A stretch of DNA of 64,000 nucleotides. Source: Gaiella sp. (GTDB taxonomy: Bacteria; Actinomycetota; Thermoleophilia; Gaiellales; Gaiellaceae). The stretch's first letter is position 1; every line of letters starts with the position of its first letter. Location: positions 14,273-78,272 of the forward strand of contig NZ_DASTCS010000038.1 in NCBI RefSeq assembly GCF_035710885.1, given 5' to 3'. The translations under genes and the position numbers were made by a program. Shown here one piece after another: positions 1-10,364 of the stretch. Under the pieces are notes generated by a model. It saw nothing but the letters and a program-made list of their open reading frames with translations, was not told where the DNA came from and made no database searches.

Positions 1-747
1 CCGGCCCTGAGCGCGGTGAACGGCAACGTCAGCTCATGGAGCATCGCCGGCGGCGCACTCCCGGCAGGGCTGACGCTGGGCTCGAACGGCGTGATCTCGG
101 GCACTCCGACGCAGAGCGGCCTCTTCTCGGTCGTCGTCCAGGCGAATGGCTCGCCGAACAACGACACGAAGCAGCTCTCGCTGTTCGTGCTCGCGCCCCT
201 CGAGGTGCAGACGCTCACCGGCGCCAAGCCGCCGGCCCGCGGCTTGACGGCCAAGGCGGCCGTCAGCGCCCCGCTTGCCACCGGCGTGAAGGCGGTCGGC
301 GGCAGGGGGCCGTACACCTTCGCGGCCGATGGCGCGCTCCCACCCGGGGTGAACCTCGATCCCGCGACGGGCGCGATCACGGGCGCGGGGACGACCGCGG
401 GCCGGTACACGTCCTCGATCACCGTGACCGACCAGGCCGGTACCAAGGCATCGGTCTCGTGGGCATTCACGATCCTGCCCCTCCTCGACTTCAGAAAGGG
501 CAAGGGGCTCCCGGTCGGTACACTCGACCGCCGCTACTCGGCGAGGATCCCGGTCAGCGGCAAGGACGCCCGCACGGCCCAGTTCGCCGTCTCGGGGCAG
601 ATCCCACCCGGCCTCGAGCTCGACGAGACGACTGGCCGCCTGACCGGCGTCCTGCTCAGGGCCGGTAACTACCGCCTGCGCGTGTTCGCGTTCCCGGAGA
701 CCGGCTCGCCGATCTCCAAGGTCTTCCGGATCAGGGTCCGCGGCTAG
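1..747 (+). CDS. C-terminal part of a surface/secreted protein with repeated Ig-like (putative-Ig / cadherin-like) domains; 5' end lies outside the window
   Basis: Frame 1 is open from base 1, and the track ORF 16..747 is in the same frame. Three repeats of the motif G-x-LPxGL-x-L-x(3)-G-x-I(L)-(S/T)G, e.g. GALPAGLTLGSNGVISGTPTQSG, GALPPGVNLDPATGAITGAG, GQIPPGLELDETTGRLTGV. Confidence 0.6.
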   Translation, partial: PALSAVNGNVSSWSIAGGALPAGLTLGSNGVISGTPTQSGLFSVVVQANGSPNNDTKQLSLFVLAPLEVQTLTGAKPPARGLTAKAAVSAPLATGVKAVGGRGPYTFAADGALPPGVNLDPATGAITGAGTTAGRYTSSITVTDQAGTKASVSWAFTILPLLDFRKGKGLPVGTLDRRYSARIPVSGKDARTAQFAVSGQIPPGLELDETTGRLTGVLLRAGNYRLRVFAFPETGSPISKVFRIRVRG

Positions 748-799
748 CGAGTGCACCTCGCCCGCCCGGGAAGGGTCCCGGGCGGGCGAGAATGCCGGG

Positions 800-1345
800 G
801 TGAGCTCTCTCCGCGGCCACCTCCTCGTCGCCGGCCCGGCGCTCGACGACCCGAACTTCCGCCGCACCGTGGTGCTCGTCGGCGAGCATGGCGACGAGGG
901 CGCCATGGGAGTGGTGCTCAATCGCGTCTCGGACGTGAGAGTCGAGGACGCCGTGCCCCCGATCGCGATCCTGACCGCCCCGGACGAGCTCGTCTACCTC
1001 GGCGGCCCCGTCCAACCGCAGGCCGTCGTCGTCCTGGCCGACTTCGCCGATCCCTCTCAGGCCGAGATGATGGTGGTGGACAATGTCGGCTTCCTGCCCG
1101 GTGAGGTGGACGCCGTCGACGAGCTGGGCGAGCTGCGGAGCGTCCGCGTCTTCGCCGGCTACGCGGGTTGGGGCCCGGGGCAGCTCGAGGGAGAGCTCGC
1201 GGAGGGGGCGTGGGTGATCCTCCCGGCCCGGGCGTCGGACGTCTTCACGAGCGACCCCGATCGACTGTGGAAGGACGTTCTGCGACGCGAGGGGGGCGCG
1301 TACCGCGCGCTCGCGATGCTGCCGGACGACCCACGCGTCAACTGA
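800..1345 (+). CDS. YqgE/AlgH family protein (UPF0301)
   Basis: 181 aa. N-terminus LRGHLLVAGPALDDPNFRRTVVLVGEHGDEGAMGVVLNR is typical of the YqgE/AlgH family. Confidence 0.8.
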   Translation: MSSLRGHLLVAGPALDDPNFRRTVVLVGEHGDEGAMGVVLNRVSDVRVEDAVPPIAILTAPDELVYLGGPVQPQAVVVLADFADPSQAEMMVVDNVGFLPGEVDAVDELGELRSVRVFAGYAGWGPGQLEGELAEGAWVILPARASDVFTSDPDRLWKDVLRREGGAYRALAMLPDDPRVN

Positions 1346-1554
1346 GACCGGCCTCGGGGCATGTAGCAGGCCAAACGTAAACAATTCGTACGGAATGGCC
1401 CGTGGGGAATGACAGGGGGCGCTCGACCGTTCACACTCTCAGAAGTCACGCGCGCCGCACAGGCGGAGCACTGCTGCGGCGGCGTCCTACCTACGACACA
1501 CCCACATCGCACGGCCTGTCTGTGCCGTGCGCACGAAAACGAAAGAGGATCCAC

Positions 1555-2631
1555 TTGGAGACCAGCATCATCGAGATTCCCGCACTGGACGCGTTCGCGG
1601 CCGAGGCCGAGGAGCGCGGAAAGGTCGAGACCGCCGAGCTCGATGCGCTCGTGCTCGAGCACGAGCTCGACGAGGAGGCTCTCACCGCCTTCAAGACGCT
1701 TCTGACCGAGCGTGGCGTCCAGCTGCCCGCGGCCGAGGAGGAAGAGGACTTCGAGCTCGACCTTTCGCCCGGCAGCGGCCCCGTGACGACGGACTCGCTC
1801 GGCATGTTCCTCTCGGAGATCGGCCGGTACCAGCTGCTCACCGCCGCCGACGAGATCGCGCTGGCGAAGCGCGTCGAGCGCGGCGACCTGGCCGCGAAGG
1901 AGCGGATGATCAACTCGAACCTGCGGCTCGTCGTGTCGATCGCGAAGCGCTACCGCGGCCACGGCGTGCCGTTCCTGGACCTGATCCAGGACGGCGTCAT
2001 CGGCCTCAACCGGGCGGTCGAGAAGTTCGACTACCGCAAGGGGTTCAAGTTCTCGACCTACGCGACGTGGTGGATCCGCCAGGCCTGCCAGCGCTCGGTC
2101 GCGAACCAGTCGGCGACGATCCGCGTCCCGGTGCACGTGCAGGAGCGCCAGCAGAAGCTCAACCGCGCGCGCCAGCGCCTCGAGGTGAGCCTCGGTCGGC
2201 AGCCCACGACGGAGGAGCTCGCGAAGGCGACAGGGCTCAAGCTGCACCACGTGCAGGAGGCGCTCGACGCCGTCGAGGCCTCGGTGTCGCTGAACCAGGC
2301 CGTGGGCTCGGACGGCGACGGCGAGCTCGGCGATCTGTTCGCCGACCGCACCGCTGCCGATCCGGTCGAGGAGGCCGACGAGTCGTTCCAGCGCGAGCGC
2401 GTGCGCTCGGCGCTCTCGGGCCTGCCCGAGCGCGAGCGGCGGGTGCTCGAGCTGCGCTTCGGCTTCGACGGCCAGGAGAGCCTGACGCTCGAGGAGATCG
2501 GTCGGGTGCTCGAGCTGACCCGCGAGCGGGTGCGCCAGCTCGAGAAGTCGGCACTGACCCGGCTCCAGCACGCGCTCGACCACGACGCGCGGCCGCTGAG
2601 GAGCCGCCGGGACCTGGCCGAGTCGGCCTGA
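1555..2631 (+). CDS. RNA polymerase sigma-70 family factor (RpoD/SigA-like, group 1/2)
   Basis: Region 2 [19 protein letters not shown] and region 4.2 [29 protein letters not shown] prefer the TTG start at 1555, preceded by GAAAGAGGA (1541-1549). The track ORF begins at 1402 with an Arg-rich, non-homologous extension. Confidence 0.85.
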   Translation: METSIIEIPALDAFAAEAEERGKVETAELDALVLEHELDEEALTAFKTLLTERGVQLPAAEEEEDFELDLSPGSGPVTTDSLGMFLSEIGRYQLLTAADEIALAKRVERGDLAAKERMINSNLRLVVSIAKRYRGHGVPFLDLIQDGVIGLNRAVEKFDYRKGFKFSTYATWWIRQACQRSVANQSATIRVPVHVQERQQKLNRARQRLEVSLGRQPTTEELAKATGLKLHHVQEALDAVEASVSLNQAVGSDGDGELGDLFADRTAADPVEEADESFQRERVRSALSGLPERERRVLELRFGFDGQESLTLEEIGRVLELTRERVRQLEKSALTRLQHALDHDARPLRSRRDLAESA

Positions 2632-2721
2632 GCACGGCCCAGGTCGCGAGCCCGCGCAACAGCGCGCACCGAGGCTATGAGGCAGTTTGCGACCGCGCCG
2701 GCGGGCGCCTTCAGGGGTGTT

Positions 2722-2775
2722 CCCCGCCGCAGGCGGGGATCCCTGCGACGGGATTCCGCTTCTGCGGAATCCCGT
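2722..2775 (+). promoter_or_regulatory. Two consecutive perfect stem-loops in the sigma / cspA spacer; either the sigma-gene terminator or cspA 5' leader structure
   Basis: CCCCGCC-GCA-GGCGGGG (2722-2738) and ACGGGATTCCGC-TTCT-GCGGAATCCCGT (2748-2775, 12-bp perfect stem). No U-tract follows either one. Confidence 0.4.
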
Positions 2776-2891
2776 CTTGCGGAGAGAATCGGTGCTACGG
2801 TGCCGAGCGTTCAATCAGAGCGTGGTCCGGTCGGGCTTTTCCTGCACCTTCCTGCCCGTTCGTGAGTCAAAGGCAAGGAGGTGTTTCATAA

Positions 2892-3098
2892 ATGGCAACC
2901 GGAACCGTGAAGTGGTTCGACGACGCCAAGGGATACGGGTTCATCACCCCTGACGACGGCGGCAAGGACCTCTTCGTCCATTTCAGCGGCATCACGGGCG
3001 AGGGCTTCAAGTCCCTTCCCGAGGGCGCGAAGGTCGAGTTCGTGGCCGAGCAGGGCCAGAAGGGCCCGCAGGCGACGAACGTCGTTCTCGCCGGCTGA
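2892..3098 (+). CDS. cspA: Cold-shock protein (CspA family)
   Basis: 68 aa, [34 protein letters not shown] (RNP1/RNP2 motifs). AAGGAGG lies 11 nt upstream of the ATG. Confidence 0.95.
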   Translation: MATGTVKWFDDAKGYGFITPDDGGKDLFVHFSGITGEGFKSLPEGAKVEFVAEQGQKGPQATNVVLAG

Positions 3099-3108
3099 TG
3101 CGCTGGGC

Positions 3109-3138
3109 ACGGGCGCGCCCTCCACGGGGCGCGCCCGT
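3109..3138 (+). terminator. Terminator/attenuator-like hairpin between cspA and infA
   Basis: ACGGGCGCGCCC-TCCACG-GGGCGCGCCCGT, 12-bp perfect GC stem starting 11 nt after the cspA stop. No clear U-tract. Confidence 0.4.
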
Positions 3139-3155
3139 TCCATCTCGGGAGACGC

Positions 3156-3377
3156 GTGGCGGACAACGAAGACAAAGTCGAGATGCAGGGCGAGGTCGTG
3201 GAGGCCTTCCGCGGCGGCATGTACCGCATCGCGCTCGACAACGACCACGAGACGCTCGGGTACGTGTCCGGGAAGATGAGGCGCTACCGGATCCGCATCA
3301 ACCCGGGCGATCGCGTCACCGTCGAGCTCTCACCGTACGACCTCACGCGCGGCAGAATCACCTACCGCCAGCGCTGA
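3156..3377 (+). CDS. infA: Translation initiation factor IF-1
   Basis: 73 aa, GTG start. [70 protein letters not shown] aligns along its whole length with canonical IF-1. Confidence 0.9.
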   Translation: MADNEDKVEMQGEVVEAFRGGMYRIALDNDHETLGYVSGKMRRYRIRINPGDRVTVELSPYDLTRGRITYRQR

Positions 3378-3409
3378 CTCGCCCGCCGCGGCGCGCGTAC
3401 GCTCTCCGC

Positions 3410-5385
3410 GTGACTCCCCCGGTCCTCTGGACGCCCTCCGCGGAGCGGATCGAGCGTGCCGCGCTGACGACGTACACGCGGTGGCTGGCCGACGCCCACC
3501 GGGTCGAGACGAGCGGTTATCACGACCTCTGGCGATGGTCCGTGACGGAGCTCGAGGAATTCTGGGAGTCGATCTGGCAGCGCTTCGACGTGCGGGCCTC
3601 CGCGCCGTACGAGCGAGTCCTCGGGTCGCGCGCCATGCCGGGGGCGGAATGGTTCCCGGGAGCGAAACTCAACTACGCGGAGCACGTCTTCCGCGAGCGG
3701 GACCCGACGACGGTTGCGGTTCTCCACGCGTCCGAGCTCCGGCCCCTCGCCCAGACGAGCTGGGGCGAGCTCCACGAGGCGACCCGCCGTGTTGCAGCGG
3801 CGCTCCGTGCGGCAGGGATCGTGCACGGGGACCGAGTCGTCGCCTACATGCCCAACGTGGTCGAGGCCGTGGCGGCCTTCCATGCGTGCGCCAGCCTGGG
3901 AGCGACCTGGTCGAGCTGCTCGCCCGACTTCGGAGTGCGGAGCGTGGTCGATCGCTTCGCGCAGATCGAGCCGCGCGTGCTCCTGACCGTGGACGGCTAC
4001 CGCTACGGAGGCCGCGACCACGACCGGCTCGACGTCGTGCGCTCGCTCCAGGACGCAATGCCCACGCTGGAGCGCACCGTCGTCCTGGGCTACCTCGACC
4101 CCGAGCCCGAGCTGGGGCGGCTCCGTGGCGCGAGCCGTTGGGAGGACTTTTTCAGCGAGGGCGACGGGGATCCGCTCTCGTTCGCCCAGGTCCCGTTCGA
4201 CCACCCGCTCTGGGTGCTCTACAGCTCCGGCACGACCGGGCTGCCCAAGGCGATCGTGCACGGCCACGGCGGCGTCCTCCTCGAGCTCTCCAAGCTGCTC
4301 CACCTCCACGTCGACCTACAGCGCGACGATCGGCTGTTCTGGTTCACGACGACGGGCTGGATGATGTGGAACTTCTTGAACGGCGGCCTTCTCACCGACG
4401 CGTCGATCGTGCTGTACGACGGGAACCCCGGCTATCCCGGTCTCGGCGCCCTGTGGGACCTTGCCGAGCAGGCGGGGATCACCTGCTTCGGCACGTCGGC
4501 GAGCTACATCGCGGCCTGCATGAAGGATGGGATCGACCCCCGCGAGGGGAGAGATCTCTCGCGCCTGGGGGCGGTGGGATCCACCGGGTCGCCGCTCTCG
4601 CCCGAGGGCTTCGACTGGGTCTACGACCGGCTGGGCCGGGACGTGTGGCTCTTCTCGACCTCCGGCGGGACGGACGTCTGCACTGCGTTCGTGGGCGGCG
4701 TCCCGACCCTTCCGGTCCACCGCGGCGAGTTGCAGGCGCGTGCGCTGGGCGCGAAGGTCGAGGCGTGGAGGTCGGACGGCACGCCTGTCGTCGGAGAAGT
4801 GGGCGAGCTCGTGATCACCGAGCCGATGCCCTCGATGCCGATCCGACTGTGGGGGGACGAGGACGGCACGCGCTACCGGGCCAGCTACTTCGACACCTTC
4901 CCCGGGGTCTGGCGCCACGGCGACTGGATCGAGATCACCGAGCGCGGCACCGCGATCATCACGGGACGCTCCGACGCGACGATCAACCGCGGCGGGATCC
5001 GGATGGGGACCGCGGAGATCTATCGCGCGGTGCTGTCGCTCGACGAGGTCGTCGACGCGCTGGTCGTCGATCTTCCGCGCGAGGGGACACCAGGCTTCAT
5101 GCCGCTGTTCGTGGTCCTCCGCGACGGGCTCGCTCTCGACGACGAGCTCGTCGGCCGGATCCGCGCCCGGATCCGCGAGGACTGCTCGCCCCGTCACGTC
5201 CCCGACGAGGTGCGGGCCGTGCCGGCCGTGCCGCGGACGCTCTCCGGAAAGGTGCTCGAGGTGCCCGTGAAGCGGATCCTCTCCGGCGAGCGCGCCGACC
5301 GCGCGCTCAGCCGCGACTCGCTCGCCGACCCCGACGCACTGCGACCCTTCGAAGAACTCGCCGCCTCGCCCGAATGGAGGAATGG

Positions 5386-5389
<4 letters not shown>
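3410..5389 (+). CDS. Acetoacetyl-CoA synthetase (AMP-forming acyl-CoA synthetase family)
   Basis: 659 aa from GTG 3410. N-terminus VLWTPSAERIERAALTTYTRWL...WRWSVTELEEFWESIW is typical of acetoacetyl-CoA synthetases, with AMP-binding motif LYSSGTTGLPKAIVH. Track ORF 3098..5389 has a spurious 5' extension overlapping infA. Confidence 0.85.
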
Positions 5390-6417
<1,028 letters not shown>

Positions 6418-6471
6418 GCTCGCGTCGCCGGCCGGTCCGATCGAAGTCGCACGCCAGCGGATGCGCCCGCG

Positions 6472-7320
6472 TCAGCTCCAGCCGAGGTTTCGCCCGAGCA
6501 GCTGCTCGAGCCGGCGGTTCGGCTCGGCGAACGTCGCGGCGAGCGCAGCGCGGGTCTCCGGCCGCATCGGCTCGTACTCGCGCTCGAACACCCGCGGGTA
6601 CTCCGGGAGCGAGTGCGGCTCGGCCCCGAGGAACGCGAGGACGGCCGCGTACGTCTCGGCAGGCCTCTCCCCCAGCTCCTCGCTCGGCACCACGAGCAGC
6701 TGCTCGCGGGGGAAGACCTCGAGCCAGCTCTCCAGCTGGTCGGCGTAGCGTCCGCGCGCGGCATACGTGTGGTCCCACCAGGCGTGGCTGAACGCGCGGG
6801 GGTCGGCGACGAGGCGCTCGACCTCCCCGCGCGTCCGCTCCGCTTCGGCCGCGAGCGCGTCCTCGAACGAGAGCGGCTCGCGTCCCAGCGCCACCTCGTG
6901 CTGGTAGTGGGAGTAGGCGCGGTCGACCGGGTCGCGCACGAGCGCCACGAGCTTCGCGTCGGGCACGAGCGACCGCGCCCGCCCGGGCGCGAGCGGGTGG
7001 AACAGGTAGCTGGGACTCGCCTCGCCGACCAGCCTCTGGCCCGACCGGAGCGGGAACTGCCCTCGGTACCACGCTTCTCCCCGCCACCAGTGGCGGTCGA
7101 AGAAGCTGACCTCCTTCCACGACGGGCCGGTGACGCCGGGATGCCAGCGTAGATAGGCGTAGAGCGCCGTCGTCCCCGCCTTCTGCGCGCCGATCACGAC
7201 GAAGTCGGGGAGCGGTCGCCACCGCGCGGTTGCCCGCCCCGCCGCCCAGATGGCGTTCCGCGCGATCCGGCGGACGGGAACCGGGATGCGCGGGATGACC
7301 TCGGCCGGCAGGCGGCGCAT
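6472..7320 (-). CDS. Sulfotransferase family protein
   Basis: 282 aa. PAPS 5'-phosphosulfate-binding-type motif IGAQKAGTTALY and 3'-phosphate-binding-type motif VRDPVDRAYSHY. Confidence 0.75.
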   Translation of the reverse strand: MRRLPAEVIPRIPVPVRRIARNAIWAAGRATARWRPLPDFVVIGAQKAGTTALYAYLRWHPGVTGPSWKEVSFFDRHWWRGEAWYRGQFPLRSGQRLVGEASPSYLFHPLAPGRARSLVPDAKLVALVRDPVDRAYSHYQHEVALGREPLSFEDALAAEAERTRGEVERLVADPRAFSHAWWDHTYAARGRYADQLESWLEVFPREQLLVVPSEELGERPAETYAAVLAFLGAEPHSLPEYPRVFEREYEPMRPETRAALAATFAEPNRRLEQLLGRNLGWS

Positions 7321-7426
7321 CGACGCAACCTACTCCAGCGCCTGATCCCGCCGGGGCGCACAGCGTTGACCGGGACCGGCCCGGAGAGCCTGACCCGAGC
7401 GAACCGCTTCGAGGCGCGTGAGTCAG

Positions 7427-7551
7427 TCCCCTTGCGGGAACAGACCCCACGGCAGCGTCACCGCGGTCGATCCCCTGGTGGGACAGACCCCCGAGGCTCT
7501 GGCGGGGACAGAGGCCCTACCGATCTGAGACGATCCGGGGACAGGTCGAGG
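7427..7551 (+). repeat. Dispersed direct repeats (core GGGACAG) in the gltA upstream/leader region
   Basis: TCCCCTTGCGGGAACAGACCCCAC (7427-7450) and TCCCCTGGTGGGACAGACCCCCG (7471-7493), plus GGGGACAGAGGCCC (7504-7517) and GGGGACAGGTCGAGG (7537-7551). Confidence 0.6.
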
Positions 7552-7563
7552 AAAGGGACGGGG

Positions 7564-8850
<1,287 letters not shown>

Positions 8851-8895
8851 GCTCGGGGCCCGGCGAAGCCAGAGCCCGACCGCACGATCGCGGCC

Positions 8896-9300
8896 TCAGC
8901 CGGTGCTCTGCCCTTCTTCCAGGGGGCGGCCGGGAAGGATCATCGTCCCGGCGGGACACAACCACGTCATCACGTCGACCACGAGCCTCCCCGCGCGCAC
9001 CGCCGGGTCGTCCTCGGCGAGCCGGCGGGCCTCCTCCAGCGTGCCCACGCGGAAGAGCGTGAGGCCGCGCACGGACTCGTCGTGATGGTCGAGCACCGGG
9101 CCGTTCGTGACGACGCGGCCGGCCTCGCGCAGCGAGTCGAGGTACCTCAGGTGCTCGGCCTGGATGCGGTCGAGTGTCGGCTCGTCGTACTCTGTCGCGT
9201 CGGCCGGCCGGCGCAGGACGACGAGCTCGAACGACTCGAGATCCACGTTCGGTAGTTCACCACACGCTGCGATCCGTGGGCCCGCCGATGGCTGAGCCAT
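8896..9300 (-). CDS. YciI-like protein (dimeric alpha-beta barrel superfamily)
   Basis: [48 protein letters not shown]...[26 protein letters not shown] matches the YciI pattern. Start uncertain: ATG 9300 or GTG 9246. Confidence 0.6.
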   Translation of the reverse strand: MAQPSAGPRIAACGELPNVDLESFELVVLRRPADATEYDEPTLDRIQAEHLRYLDSLREAGRVVTNGPVLDHHDESVRGLTLFRVGTLEEARRLAEDDPAVRAGRLVVDVMTWLCPAGTMILPGRPLEEGQSTG

Positions 9301-9352
9301 GCGCGCCCTGGATCCTGGGAAGGAGAAACGAGTGCTTCGGAAGGGAGCCGCC

Positions 9353-10075
9353 ATGAGCCCGCCGATCGTCGAAGCCCGCTCGATCGTGAAGACCTACGAC
9401 ACGGGCGCGGTGCGGGTCGAGGCGCTGCGCGGCGTCGAGCTGACGCTCGAACGCGGAGAGATGGCCGCGATCATGGGGCCGAGCGGCTGCGGGAAGACGA
9501 CCCTGCTCAACTGCCTCTCGGGCCTCGACGCCGTCGACGAAGGGGAGGTCGTGATCGACGGGACGTCGCTCTCCGAGATGTCGGACCGAGAGCGCACCGA
9601 CTACCGGGCGCGACACATGGGGTTCGTCTTCCAGTTCTACAACCTGATGCCGGTGCTGTCGGCCGTCGAGAACGTGGAGCTTCCGCTTCTCATTGCCCGC
9701 GAGAGCGCCGGAGCCGCGAGGCGGCGTGCCCTCGAGGCGCTCGACCTCGTGGGGCTCGCCGACCGCGCCTCACACGTGCCCGACGAGCTGTCGGGCGGTG
9801 AGCGCCAGCGCGTCACGATCGCGCGCTCGCTCGTCAACGACCCCGCAATCGTCTGGGCCGACGAGCCCACGGGTGATCTCGACTCCGAGAATGCCCAGGA
9901 CATCGTCGAGCTGATGCGCGAGCTGAATCTCTCGCGTGGCCTCAGCTTCCTGATCGTCACCCACGACATCGCGGTCGGCCGCCAGACCGACCGGATCGTC
10001 CGCATGCTCGACGGCACCGTCGTCGAGGAGCAACGACTGGAGGTGCCACATGTACTCGCGAGTCACGCTGCTTGA
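9353..10075 (+). CDS. ABC transporter ATP-binding protein (MacB/LolD/FtsE-type)
   Basis: Walker [10 protein letters not shown], signature LSGGERQRV, Walker [13 protein letters not shown], plus the MacB-class motif [18 protein letters not shown]. An alternative GTG start at 9332 follows GGAAGGAGA. Confidence 0.9.
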   Translation: MSPPIVEARSIVKTYDTGAVRVEALRGVELTLERGEMAAIMGPSGCGKTTLLNCLSGLDAVDEGEVVIDGTSLSEMSDRERTDYRARHMGFVFQFYNLMPVLSAVENVELPLLIARESAGAARRRALEALDLVGLADRASHVPDELSGGERQRVTIARSLVNDPAIVWADEPTGDLDSENAQDIVELMRELNLSRGLSFLIVTHDIAVGRQTDRIVRMLDGTVVEEQRLEVPHVLASHAA

Positions 10076-10364
10076 GATCGACACCCTCCGCGTCGACCTC
10101 GACGATGCCGTCGAGCAGTTCGAGACGCAGGTCCTGCCCCGCGTGCGCGAGCTGCCCGGCTTCGAAGGCGTCGTCGTGATGGTCACGCCCGAGGGCAAGG
10201 GAATGATCGTCAGCTTCTGGGACAGCGAGGAGGCGGTCGAGGCGACCGCCGGTTTCGCAGCCGGCGCGATCGAGGAGTTCGTGACGATCTACCGCGCGCC
10301 GCCCGGTCGCGAGCACTATCGCGTCGCGGTGGCAGAGCTGCCGGGAATCGCGATCGGGTCGTGA
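10050..10364 (+). CDS. Small ABM-like (antibiotic-biosynthesis-monooxygenase fold) protein embedded in the ABC operon
   Basis: 104 aa. [37 protein letters not shown] fits the ABM/dimeric alpha-beta barrel pattern. It overlaps the ATPase gene by 26 nt, and its stop overlaps the permease start (GTGA at 10361-10364). Confidence 0.6.
   Translation: MYSRVTLLEIDTLRVDLDDAVEQFETQVLPRVRELPGFEGVVVMVTPEGKGMIVSFWDSEEAVEATAGFAAGAIEEFVTIYRAPPGREHYRVAVAELPGIAIGS

Noticed and set aside
1159-2814. 551-aa minus-strand ORF antisense to YqgE and the sigma factor
   Set aside because: No domain signatures and low-complexity composition. Both plus-strand genes have strong family motifs.
7341-7351. Extra copies of the inverted-repeat core motif (CCTGATCCCGC at 7341-7351; GGATCAGGGTG at 15320-15330)
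   Set aside because: These are 11-mer matches only. The second lies inside a permease codon run (T-L-I-L). Such short GC-rich words are expected by chance and do not show that the 36-bp repeat is a dispersed family.
9298-9301. Second possible CATG head-to-head start overlap (YciI-like ATG 9300 versus track ATG 9299 for the ABC ATPase)
   Set aside because: ABC-ATPase homology and SD-like motifs favour starts at 9332 or 9353, which leaves a normal short divergent spacer.
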